A DNA stretch of 64,000 bases from Anaerolineae bacterium. Lineage in GTDB: Bacteria; Chloroflexota; Anaerolineae; Aggregatilineales; Ch27. The position numbers and the translations under genes are program-made. The notes beneath the pieces are model-generated. The model was not told the origin of the DNA. It saw nothing but the letters and a program-made list of their open reading frames with translations, and did no database searches. Positions 9,094 to 17,875 of the stretch are shown in pieces; the stretch's first letter is position 1, and each line of letters starts with the position of its first letter. The stretch lies in the NCBI GenBank assembly GCA_034435395.1, contig DAOTXK010000268.1:2200-66199 (forward strand). The letters are read 5' to 3'.

Positions 9094-9180
9094 ATGATCG
9101 AGAAAGTCTCTTCCCTCCGTTTGCGCCGTCGCCACCGCCCGATCACGCGTTGGTCTGGCGGGAGCCTCAGCATTGCCTGA
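9094..9180 (+). CDS. putative arginine leader peptide (28 codons)
   Basis: MIEKVSSLRLRRRHRPITRWSGGSLSIA. Six Arg codons, five of them within codons 9-15. The ATG is 6 nt after the -10 box (leaderless candidate). Followed by terminator/antiterminator elements. Confidence 0.5.
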   Translation: MIEKVSSLRLRRRHRPITRWSGGSLSIA

Positions 9181-9214
9181 CGTTCCTGGCACAACCGGAG
9201 CCGAGAAGCGCATA

Positions 9215-9246
9215 CCCCAGACCAGCGCGGTCTGGGGTTTTTGTTT
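9215..9246 (+). terminator. intrinsic terminator (attenuator) upstream of argG
   Basis: CCCCAGACC-AGCGC-GGTCTGGGG followed by TTTTTGTTT. argG SD AAAGGAG and ATG 9274 lie immediately downstream. Confidence 0.7.
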
Positions 9247-9273
9247 GGAAAACAATAAAGGAGCGACTCCAGA

Positions 9274-10536
9274 ATGACCGATCAGAACATCCACAAAATC
9301 GTCCTGGCCTATAGCGGAGGGCTGGACACCTCCATCATCGTGCCCTGGCTGAAGGAAAACTACGGGAGCGAAGTGATCTGCTATACGGCTGATCTGGGCC
9401 AGGAAGAAGAGCTGGACGGCCTGGAAGAGAAGGCCCTCAAGACTGGTGCCAGCAAGCTGATCATCGAAGACCTGCGCGAGGAGTTCCTGACCGATTTTGT
9501 CTTCCCGACCATGCAGGCGGGGGCCGTCTACGAACGGGCGTACTTGCTGGGCACCTCCATGGCCCGTCCTCTGATCGCCAAGCAGCTGGTCAGGGTGGCC
9601 GAAGCGGAGGGCGCGGAGGCGATCGCGCATGGTTGTACTGGCAAGGGCAACGATCAGGTCCGGTTTGAGCTGACAGCCATGGCGCTCAACCCCAAACTAC
9701 GGGTGATCGCCCCGTGGCGAGAATGGGACATCCGCAGCCGGGAAGACGCCATCGCCTACGCCGAGGCGCATGATGTCCCGATTACACAAGCCCTTAAGAG
9801 TATCTACAGCCGTGACCGGAATCTTTTCCACCTCAGCCACGAAGGCGGCCCGCTGGAAGACCCCTGGAACGAGCCGGAAGAAGACATGTTCATCCTCACC
9901 AACAGCCCGATGGAAGCCCCCGACGAGCCTGAATACCTGGAAATCGGGTTTGAGAAGGGCACGCCAGTCAGCATCAACGGTCAGCCACTGCCCCCTGTCC
10001 AGTTGTTTGAGGCGCTAAACAGGATCGGCGGCAAACACGGCGTCGGGCGGGTGGATATGGTGGAGAACCGTCTGGTCGGTATGAAGAGCCGGGGTGTCTA
10101 TGAAACTCCCGGCGGCACGTTGCTGCTGGTGGCCCATCAAGCGCTGGAAAGCATTTGCCTGGATAAGTACACCATGCACTTCAAGGACTTCATCGCCGTT
10201 AAATATGCGGAGTTGGTGTATAACGGGCAGTGGTACACCCAGCTTCGGAAAGCTTTTGATGCTTTCGTGGCCGTCACCCAGCAGACGGTCACTGGCACGG
10301 TGCGCCTCAAGCTGTACAAGGGCAACGTCATCATCGCTGGTAGGAAAGGCCCGTATAGCCTATACCGGGAGGACTACGCGTCCTTCGGCCAGATGGATAT
10401 CTACGATCAGACGGATGCTGAGGGGTTTATCCAGTTGTTCGGATTGCCGCTTAAGGTCCAGGCGATGTTGCGGCTGGAGGGTGGCGGTGAGAGCGAGTAT
10501 GGTCAGCCGGATTATGCGCTGTTTAAGCGGGATTAG
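9274..10536 (+). CDS. argG: argininosuccinate synthase
   Basis: [14 protein letters not shown]-PPase motif; 420 aa, full-length ArgG-like. Confidence 0.97.
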   Translation: MTDQNIHKIVLAYSGGLDTSIIVPWLKENYGSEVICYTADLGQEEELDGLEEKALKTGASKLIIEDLREEFLTDFVFPTMQAGAVYERAYLLGTSMARPLIAKQLVRVAEAEGAEAIAHGCTGKGNDQVRFELTAMALNPKLRVIAPWREWDIRSREDAIAYAEAHDVPITQALKSIYSRDRNLFHLSHEGGPLEDPWNEPEEDMFILTNSPMEAPDEPEYLEIGFEKGTPVSINGQPLPPVQLFEALNRIGGKHGVGRVDMVENRLVGMKSRGVYETPGGTLLLVAHQALESICLDKYTMHFKDFIAVKYAELVYNGQWYTQLRKAFDAFVAVTQQTVTGTVRLKLYKGNVIIAGRKGPYSLYREDYASFGQMDIYDQTDAEGFIQLFGLPLKVQAMLRLEGGGESEYGQPDYALFKRD

Positions 10537-10584
10537 TGGTGTTGTGGGTGGCTGGTGCTGACTACACGAAGATGGAGGTTCGGC

Positions 10585-11976
10585 ATGACCCTGTGGGGTG
10601 GCGTCTTCCAGCACCAAACGGACGAGGCAGTCCGGAAGCTGAACGACAGTCTGCCGTTTGATTGGCGTCTCTATGATGTGGATATCACGGGCAGCCAGGC
10701 CTGGGCCGGAGCACTCTTGACAGCCGGCGTGCTTAGCGAACAAGAACACGCCGCCATCATCGCCGGTTTGGACCAGGTGCGGGCCGAATTCAGCGCCGCG
10801 CTCGCCAGGGGGACATTCGAGCCTGCCCCTGGCGATGAGGATATTCACACGGCTGTCGAGCGCCGCCTCACCGCGATCATTGGTCCTGCGGCGGGCAAGC
10901 TCCACACCGGACGCAGCCGCAACGATCAGATCGCGACCGATCTGCGCCTGTGGATGCTCAAGGTTGTTCCCACTCTGGCCGATCAGGTCGCTGCATTGCA
11001 GCGGGCGCTGCTGTCCCAGGCTGTGGATCACGTCGAGAGTGTGATGCCTGGATTCACGCATTTACAACCGGCGCAGCCAATCACGGCGGCCCACTGGTTG
11101 CTGAGCTTCGCCCAGATGTTAGAGCGGGATCGTGGCCGCCTGGAGCAGGTCAAAGTGGCCGCCGGCATCTGCCCCCTCGGCTCAGGTGCGCTGGCCGGAA
11201 CCCCCTACCCCATCGATCGGGAAGCGCTGGCCGCGGCGCTGTCTTTCGCCCAGGCCAGCGCTAACAGCCTGGATGCCGTCTCCGATCGGGATTTCGTGTG
11301 TGGCTTTCTCTACGTGGGCGCGCTGTTGATGGTGCACCTGTCACGCCTGGCCGAAGACCTGATCCTCTACAGCACGCCCCAGTTTGGCTTTGTCACGCTG
11401 GACGAACGCTACAGCACCGGCAGCAGCCTGATGCCCCAGAAACGTAATCCCGACCCGTTAGAGCTCACACGCGGCAAAACGGGCCGCATCATCGGCCATC
11501 TGACCGGATTCCTGACCACCCTGAAAGGTCTGCCCAGCGGTTATAACAAAGACCTGCAAGAGGATAAAGAGCCGGTCTTTGACACGTATGACACCCTGTC
11601 GGCAGTGCTGCCCGTGCTGACCGGCCTGGTGCGGACGATGACCCTGCACCCGGCGAACATGCGCGCTGCCCTGGACGAAGCGATGCTGGCCACCGACCTG
11701 GCCGACTACCTGGTGCGCAAAGGCGTTCCTTTCCGGGAAGCGCACCACATCGCTGGGCAGGTCGTGCGGAAGGCGGTGGAGGCAGGCGTCCCGCTGTCCG
11801 CGCTGCCGCTGGCAGAATACCAGGGCATCTCCCCGCACTTCCAACAGGACGTATCCGAAGTTTTCGATTTTGCCGGGGCTGTCGCCCGCCGGGCTGCCCT
11901 CGGAGGCCCCGCGTCGGAGGCTGTCCGTGCGCAGATCGCCCAACTGGCGGAAAAACTGGGCACGTCCGGCACATAG
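10585..11976 (+). CDS. argH: argininosuccinate lyase
   Basis: MTLWGGVF.. N-terminus, fumarate-lyase signature GSSLMPQKRNPD. ATG 10585 is preceded by GGAGG. Confidence 0.95.
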   Translation: MTLWGGVFQHQTDEAVRKLNDSLPFDWRLYDVDITGSQAWAGALLTAGVLSEQEHAAIIAGLDQVRAEFSAALARGTFEPAPGDEDIHTAVERRLTAIIGPAAGKLHTGRSRNDQIATDLRLWMLKVVPTLADQVAALQRALLSQAVDHVESVMPGFTHLQPAQPITAAHWLLSFAQMLERDRGRLEQVKVAAGICPLGSGALAGTPYPIDREALAAALSFAQASANSLDAVSDRDFVCGFLYVGALLMVHLSRLAEDLILYSTPQFGFVTLDERYSTGSSLMPQKRNPDPLELTRGKTGRIIGHLTGFLTTLKGLPSGYNKDLQEDKEPVFDTYDTLSAVLPVLTGLVRTMTLHPANMRAALDEAMLATDLADYLVRKGVPFREAHHIAGQVVRKAVEAGVPLSALPLAEYQGISPHFQQDVSEVFDFAGAVARRAALGGPASEAVRAQIAQLAEKLGTSGT

Positions 11977-12134
11977 TTGATACAAGGTGCACAACAACAC
12001 TCAGCTATAAAGAATGAAGTTTATTAAATCTTATCGAAAGCCGTTGACATCACCCGGAAAATTATGTACCTTGACGTACAAGAACCGTGTGTCAATGCCA
12101 GTGGCCAAGCGAAGTTCCGGGCAAAAGTCAACCG

Positions 12135-12254
12135 ATGCTGTCACCTGACCTCACCAAGCTGTTCATCCTTATTATCATCGTACTTCTCAGCCTCGTCATT
12201 ACCAACGAGGCTTTGGTGGTTGGGGTGAAGACGGCGCCCGCGCGAGTTAGTTAG
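12135..12254 (+). CDS. putative branched-chain amino acid leader peptide (39 codons)
   Basis: MLSPDLTKLFILIIIVLLSLVITNEALVVGVKTAPARVS. 19 of 39 codons are Leu/Ile/Val, including the block FILIIIVLLSLVI. A terminator lies 27 nt downstream. Confidence 0.6.
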   Translation: MLSPDLTKLFILIIIVLLSLVITNEALVVGVKTAPARVS

Positions 12255-12280
12255 CGGACAGCATACAGGAAGCCAGCGAG

Positions 12281-12308
12281 AAGCCCCCGACCACCGGGGG
12301 CTTTTTGG
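12281..12308 (+). terminator. intrinsic terminator (attenuator 1) upstream of ilvD
   Basis: AAGCCCCCG-ACCAC-CGGGGGCTT followed by TTTGG. An alternative 11-bp helix is possible between 12215-12225 and 12285-12295. Confidence 0.7.
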
Positions 12309-12342
12309 TTGAGTTTGCCACAACATGTCAGGAGAACCCACC

Positions 12343-12564
12343 ATGATCCCAGGACAGCCAGCCCCTTACGCCGCTGCCCTGCCACATGAGATGCCCTGTC
12401 AGGCGACACACACCAGTCCCTGGACAGAGCCATTCCGCACGACTTTCGGCCACCAGCCCCAGCGCCCCGCCACGGAGCCAGCCACGGCATCCTCACACGC
12501 CACTATGGTCCCGTGCGCCAGTGAGATGTCTGTCGACAGCTATGCGTACAGCCCCAACCGTTAG
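12343..12564 (+). CDS. small ORF (73 codons) between the two ilv leader hairpins; coding status uncertain
   Basis: AGGAGA sits 7 nt upstream of ATG 12343. Pro/Ala/Thr-rich product with no recognisable domain. Its stop TAG lies in the loop of the next hairpin. The composition also fits non-coding GC-rich sequence. Confidence 0.25.
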   Translation: MIPGQPAPYAAALPHEMPCQATHTSPWTEPFRTTFGHQPQRPATEPATASSHATMVPCASEMSVDSYAYSPNR

Positions 12565-12582
12565 GTATGGGGCTGCTTTTTT
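12549..12582 (+). terminator. second terminator-like hairpin abutting the ilvD RBS
   Basis: CAGCCCCA-11 nt loop-TGGGGCTG followed by CTTTTTT. GAGG and the ilvD ATG 12596 follow directly. Confidence 0.5.
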
Positions 12583-12595
12583 GAGGCGAATTATC

Positions 12596-14260
12596 ATGCG
12601 ATCAGATCGGATCAAGAAGGGCTTTGAACGCGCGCCCCATCGGGCCTTGCTCAAGGCCACCGGCATCACCGACGACGATATGGACAAGCCCTTCGTCGCC
12701 ATCTGCAACAGCTACATCGACATCATTCCTGGTCACGTCCACCTGCAAAAATTCGGCGCGGCAGTGAAACAGGCGGTCCGTGAAGCCGGCGGCGCCCCCT
12801 TCGAATTTAACACCATCGGCGTTGACGATGGCATCGCCATGGGCCACCTGGGCATGAACTACTCCCTGCCCAGCCGGGAGCTGATCGCCGACTCCGTCGA
12901 AACCGTCGTCGCTGCCCATGCCTTCGATGGCATGATCTGCATCCCCAACTGTGACAAGATCGTCCCCGGCATGTTGATGGCCGCCGTCCGGCTGGACATC
13001 CCCACCATCTTCGTCAGCGGGGGGCCGATGGCCGCCGGGAGGACTCCTGATGGCCGCACCGTTGACCTGATCACGGTCTTTGAAGGTGTCGGTGCATACC
13101 AGGCAGGGACGATCGACACCGCCGAGCTTAAGATGCTGGAGGATTACGGATGCCCGTCCTGCGGGTCCTGCGCGGGCATGTTCACCGCCAACAGCATGAA
13201 CTGCCTGATGGAAGCGCTGGGCCTGGCCCTGCCCTACAATGGCAGCGCCCTGGCCGAGACTGACGAGCGTTACGCCCTGGCCCGCCAGGCTGCCCGCCAG
13301 ATCATGACCCTGATCGACCAAAATTTGACCCCGCGCCAGATCGTCACCGCCGAGGCCATCGACGACGCGTTTGCCCTCGACATGGCCATGGGCGGCAGCA
13401 CCAACACCGTCCTCCACACCCTGGCCATCGCCTATGAGGCCGGGATCAGCTACGATCTGGAACGCATCAACGCCGTGGCCGCGCGTGTCCCGCACATCTG
13501 CAAGGTCAGCCCGGCCAGCCCCTGGCATATGGAAGACGTGCACCGCGCCGGCGGCGTCCCCGCCATCCTCAAGGAGATCAGCGCGGACGGCAATACGCTG
13601 CATCTGGACCGCCTCACCGTCACCGGCAAGACCCTGGGCGAAAACATCGCCGATGCCAGGATCACGGACGATGAGGTCATCCGCCGCCGGGAGAACGCTC
13701 ACTCCCCTACCGGCGGCCTGACCATCCTGTTCGGCAATCTGGCTCCAGATGGCGCAGTGATCAAAACGGGCGGCGTTGGCGGCAGACGCCAGCATTGCGG
13801 CCCGGCCCGTGTCTACCAGTCCGAAGAAGAAGCCTCACGCGGCATCCTGAACGGCGAGGTGCAGCCGGGCGAGGTCGTCGTCATCCGCTACGAGGGCCCG
13901 CGTGGCGGCCCTGGCATGCAGGAGATGCTCGGCCCGACGGCGCAGATTCAGGGCATGGGGCTGGGCGACAGCGTGGCCCTGATCACCGACGGACGGTTCT
14001 CTGGCGGCAGCCGGGGCATGTCCATCGGCCATGTCAGCCCGGAAGCCGCCGCCCGCGGCCCCATCGCCATCGTGCAGGACGGCGATACCATCGCCATCGA
14101 TCTCGATGCCCGCACGCTGGAACTCCAATTACCGGCTGAGGAAATCCAGGCCCGCCTGGACGCGCTGCCGCCTTTCGTCCCCCACATCGAAAGCCGCTGG
14201 CTGCGCCGTTATGCCAGGCTGGTCAGCAGCGCCAGCACCGGTGCCGTTTTGCTGGATTAA
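12596..14260 (+). CDS. ilvD: dihydroxy-acid dehydratase
   Basis: [24 protein letters not shown]-terminus and CDKIVPGM Fe-S cluster region. The upstream part of the 624-aa track ORF is leader sequence. Confidence 0.95.
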   Translation: MRSDRIKKGFERAPHRALLKATGITDDDMDKPFVAICNSYIDIIPGHVHLQKFGAAVKQAVREAGGAPFEFNTIGVDDGIAMGHLGMNYSLPSRELIADSVETVVAAHAFDGMICIPNCDKIVPGMLMAAVRLDIPTIFVSGGPMAAGRTPDGRTVDLITVFEGVGAYQAGTIDTAELKMLEDYGCPSCGSCAGMFTANSMNCLMEALGLALPYNGSALAETDERYALARQAARQIMTLIDQNLTPRQIVTAEAIDDAFALDMAMGGSTNTVLHTLAIAYEAGISYDLERINAVAARVPHICKVSPASPWHMEDVHRAGGVPAILKEISADGNTLHLDRLTVTGKTLGENIADARITDDEVIRRRENAHSPTGGLTILFGNLAPDGAVIKTGGVGGRRQHCGPARVYQSEEEASRGILNGEVQPGEVVVIRYEGPRGGPGMQEMLGPTAQIQGMGLGDSVALITDGRFSGGSRGMSIGHVSPEAAARGPIAIVQDGDTIAIDLDARTLELQLPAEEIQARLDALPPFVPHIESRWLRRYARLVSSASTGAVLLD

Positions 14261-14300
14261 AAGTTGCTGTTCAACGTAGCAGAAAAAAGGAGGCGCGTTC

Positions 14301-16007
14301 ATGAAACTCAAAGGGGCCGAAATCATCTGGGAATGTCTGCTACGCGAAGGCGTGGACCTGGTATTCGGGTATCCCGGCGGCGCAATTCTGCCGACCTACG
14401 ACGCCATGACCAAATACCCCCAGATTCACCATGTCCTGACCCGGCACGAACAGGGGGCCACCCATATGGCGGACGGCTATGCCCGCGCCACTGGCAAAGT
14501 CGGCGTTGCCATGGCCACCAGCGGGCCGGGGGCGACTAATATGGTCACCGGGATCGCCACGGCGATGATGGACTCTTCGCCCATTGTGTGCATCACCGGC
14601 CAGGTGGCGACGGCGACCATCGGCTCTGATGCCTTCCAGGAAACCGATGTCACCGGGGTCACCCTGCCCATCACCAAACACAATTACCTGGTCACAGACA
14701 TTGATGAACTGGCTTACACCATCCGCGAGGCGTTCCACATCGCCCGCACCGGCCGCCCTGGCCCGGTGCTGGTTGACATACCTAAAGACGTGCAAAACGC
14801 CACCACCGAGTTCGTCTACCCGGAAGACCCCATCGTCCTGCCCGGCTATCATCCGGGGGAGGCCGCCACTGAGGAAGAGGTCCAGCAGGTGCTGGACATG
14901 ATCCGCCAGTCCAGACGCCCGCTCATCCTGGCCGGTCACGGCGTCATCATGTCCGGCGCTGTGCGCGAGCTTCAGGCCTTCGCCGAGCGTGCCCAGATAC
15001 CCGTCGCGCTGACTCTGCTGGGCAAAGGAGCCATACCGGAAAGTCATCCGCTGTGTCTGGGCATGATGGGCATGCACGGCGAAGCCTATGTCAACATGGC
15101 GATTCAGGAGGCTGATCTGTTGCTGGCCTTCGGCATGCGGTTTGACGATCGGGTGACGGGTAACCTGGCCACCTACGCCAGGAAGTCGCGCAAGATTCAC
15201 GTCGATATTGATCCTTCGGAGATCAACAAGAGCGTCCCCGTTGACCTGGGCATCGTGGGAGACCTGAAGACCGTCCTGACGCAGGTGACGCCTCGCCTGG
15301 AAGCGCAGCAGCACGACGACTGGGTGGAACAGATCAGCGAATGGCAGGATGACACGCGCAAACGAGACATTATCAACCGCGACTCAGGGGGGAAGTTGTT
15401 CGCCGCCCATGTGATCCACGACCTGTGGGTATTCACCGGCGGCGAGGCCATCACCGTGACCGACGTGGGCCAGCACCAGATGTGGGAGGCGCAGTATTAC
15501 CCGCATAACCGGCCCCATACCCTGATCACCAGCGGCGGACTGGGCACGATGGGCTTCGGCCTGCCGGCGGCGATCGGCGCCAAGATGGCCCGGCCCGACC
15601 AAGAAGTCTGGGCCATTGTCGGCGACGGTGGTTTCCAGATGACGATGACCGAACTGGCCACCGCTGTTCAGGAAAAAGTGGCCGTCAAGATCGCCATCAT
15701 CAACAACGGTTACCTGGGCATGGTCCGTCAGTGGCAGGAGTTCTTCTACGAAGAACGTTACAACGCTACGCCGATGTTCAGCCCTGACTTCTGCAAACTG
15801 GCGGGGGCCTACGACATCCCGTCGATCCGCATCACCAGGCGCGAGCAGATCAAGGATGCCGTTGAACAGGCTAGACAGTATACCGACAGGCCGTTCCTGA
15901 TCGACTTCCAGGTCGTGAAACACGATATCGTCTACCCCATGGTTCCTGCCGGGGCGGACCTGGCCAACATGATCCGTCGCCCTACCGCCACTCCGGACAT
16001 GATCTAG
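14301..16007 (+). CDS. ilvB: acetolactate synthase large subunit
   Basis: ThDP enzyme motifs (GYPGGAILP.., ..GDGGFQM.. ThDP-binding). 568 aa. Confidence 0.95.
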   Translation: MKLKGAEIIWECLLREGVDLVFGYPGGAILPTYDAMTKYPQIHHVLTRHEQGATHMADGYARATGKVGVAMATSGPGATNMVTGIATAMMDSSPIVCITGQVATATIGSDAFQETDVTGVTLPITKHNYLVTDIDELAYTIREAFHIARTGRPGPVLVDIPKDVQNATTEFVYPEDPIVLPGYHPGEAATEEEVQQVLDMIRQSRRPLILAGHGVIMSGAVRELQAFAERAQIPVALTLLGKGAIPESHPLCLGMMGMHGEAYVNMAIQEADLLLAFGMRFDDRVTGNLATYARKSRKIHVDIDPSEINKSVPVDLGIVGDLKTVLTQVTPRLEAQQHDDWVEQISEWQDDTRKRDIINRDSGGKLFAAHVIHDLWVFTGGEAITVTDVGQHQMWEAQYYPHNRPHTLITSGGLGTMGFGLPAAIGAKMARPDQEVWAIVGDGGFQMTMTELATAVQEKVAVKIAIINNGYLGMVRQWQEFFYEERYNATPMFSPDFCKLAGAYDIPSIRITRREQIKDAVEQARQYTDRPFLIDFQVVKHDIVYPMVPAGADLANMIRRPTATPDMI

Positions 16008-16046
16008 CGGCGGGCTTGGCCCCCCACCTGCCGAGGGAGCAACGAC

Positions 16047-16592
16047 ATGAAACACACCTTAAGCGCACTTGTTGAGAATAAGCCCGGCGTCTTGAACCGG
16101 GTCGTGAGCCTGTTTCGCCGCCGCGGCTTCAACATCGATAGCCTGACTGTCGGGCGCACCCAGTTTCCCGACATCTCTCGGATGACCATCGTTATGGAAG
16201 GCACGGAACTGGAAGCGCAAAGGGTCGAAAAGAATCTCTATAAACTGGTCAACGTGATCCAGGTTGAACCACTCAGCGACAAACCTGCCGTTGCCCGCGA
16301 TCTGGCACTCATCAAGGTGGCCGTAGACAGCGCGACCCGTGCCGAGGTCATGCAGCTCTGCGAAATCTTCCGGGCGCATATCGTCGACGTTGCCCCCAAT
16401 TCGGTCATCATCGAGGTCACGGGCACTGAAGACAAGATCGAGAGCTTCACCGAAATGCTCCAGCCTATCGGCATCCTGGAAATGGTCCGCACCGGTGTCG
16501 TCGCCGTGGGTCGTGGCGATCACCAGATGACGACCAACGGGTACCGGTCGCATGCCAGTGCCAATGGCAACAGTCACACGAGCGTGATCTAG
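16047..16592 (+). CDS. ilvN: acetolactate synthase small (regulatory) subunit
   Basis: HTLSALVENKPGVLNRVVSLFRRRGFNIDSLTVG ACT domain. 181 aa. Confidence 0.9.
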   Translation: MKHTLSALVENKPGVLNRVVSLFRRRGFNIDSLTVGRTQFPDISRMTIVMEGTELEAQRVEKNLYKLVNVIQVEPLSDKPAVARDLALIKVAVDSATRAEVMQLCEIFRAHIVDVAPNSVIIEVTGTEDKIESFTEMLQPIGILEMVRTGVVAVGRGDHQMTTNGYRSHASANGNSHTSVI

Positions 16593-16646
16593 CACTTTGT
16601 CGTCGGGGAAGCCCTCACCCCGCTTCCCGCCAGCCAAGGAGACAGT

Positions 16647-17651
16647 ATGGCCAAGCTTTACTACGATCAGGACGCCGATCTGAGCCTGCTTAACGGCAAA
16701 ACAGTGGCCGTCATCGGCTACGGCAGCCAGGGCCATGCCCACGCCCTTAACCTGAGAGACAGCGGCGTGTCCGTGGTGGTTGGTCTGCACGAAGGCAGCC
16801 GGAGCAGAGCCAGGGCCGAAGCCGAAGGTCTGACCGTGCTCTCGGTAGCCGAGGCCGCCGAGCGCGGCGATGTCATCATGATGCTCGTGCCGGACACCAT
16901 ACAACCGGAGGTTTACCAGACCAGCATCGCCCCCCACCTCAAACCGGGAGATACCCTGATGTTCGCCCACGGGTTTAACATCCATTTTGGGCAGATCAGG
17001 CCGCCCGACTCCGTGGATGTGAGCATGGTCGCCCCCAAAGCGCCCGGTCACCGCGTGCGCGAGGTTTTTAAGGAAGGAGCAGGCACACCGGCGCTGGTCG
17101 CTGTCCAACAGGATGCCAGCGGGAACGCCCTGGCACAGGCCCTGGCCTACGCCAAAGGGCTGGGTTGCACGCGCGCGGGCGTCATCGCCACAACTTTTGC
17201 TGAGGAAACAGAGACCGATCTGTTCGGCGAGCAGGTGGTGTTATGCGGCGGCGTCACCGCCCTGATACGTGCCGGGTTTGAGGCCCTGGTCAAAGCCGGG
17301 TACCAGCCGGAAATCGCCTACTTCGAATGTCTGCACGAGCTCAAGCTCATCGTGGACCTCATGTACCAGGGCGGCCTGTCATACATGTGGTACAGCGTCT
17401 CGGATACCGCTGAGCACGGCGGTTATACCGCTGGCGACCGCATTGTCACGCCAGCAACCAGGGAGGAAATGGCCGGCATCCTGGCGGAAATACAGGATGG
17501 CACCTACGCCCGCCAGTGGATCGAGGAAAACCGACAGGGCCGGCCCTGGTTTAACCAGCGCCGTCAGCAGGAACGCGAGCACCTCATCGAGCAGGTCGGC
17601 CAGAAACTACGCCAGATGATGCCGTTCCTGGACGCCAAACAGGTAGAGTGA
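16647..17651 (+). CDS. ilvC: ketol-acid reductoisomerase
   Basis: [33 protein letters not shown]. Class I KARI, 334 aa. Confidence 0.97.
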   Translation: MAKLYYDQDADLSLLNGKTVAVIGYGSQGHAHALNLRDSGVSVVVGLHEGSRSRARAEAEGLTVLSVAEAAERGDVIMMLVPDTIQPEVYQTSIAPHLKPGDTLMFAHGFNIHFGQIRPPDSVDVSMVAPKAPGHRVREVFKEGAGTPALVAVQQDASGNALAQALAYAKGLGCTRAGVIATTFAEETETDLFGEQVVLCGGVTALIRAGFEALVKAGYQPEIAYFECLHELKLIVDLMYQGGLSYMWYSVSDTAEHGGYTAGDRIVTPATREEMAGILAEIQDGTYARQWIEENRQGRPWFNQRRQQEREHLIEQVGQKLRQMMPFLDAKQVE

Positions 17652-17753
17652 GGGCCTCACTAGTGAGGGCCTCGCTAGTGAGGGCCTCGCCAGTGAGGGC
17701 CTCGCTGAGGGCTTCATTGAGCGTTAGCGCCACGCCTAGTCGCTCTAGTCGCT
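17648..17753. repeat. tandem 15-nt repeat (about 4.5 copies) plus an adjacent 9-nt duplication in the ilvC-leuA spacer
   Basis: GTGAGGGCCTCACTA / GTGAGGGCCTCGCTA / GTGAGGGCCTCGCCA / GTGAGGGCCTCGCT / GAGGGCTTCA, starting on the ilvC stop codon. CTAGTCGCT occurs twice at 17736-17753. Confidence 0.85.
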
Positions 17754-17875
17754 ACGGAAAGGGGGTGATCCTTTATGGCAGAAGATGGCCTTAGTGACCT
17801 TACTCGCCAGTGTAAACGCCACGGTCGCGTTCTCAGTCTGGAATGCAACCCGAATCAGAAAGGAACACCCTTATC

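Noticed and set aside
12310-12595. T-box riboswitch in the second part of the ilvD leader (a UGGU-containing segment ACTATGGTCCCGTGCG at ~12502-12517).
   Set aside because: The match to the T-box core (GGGUGGUACCGCG) is poor. No stem I AGAGA/specifier architecture is visible, and no antiterminator pairing with the 12549 hairpin could be drawn.
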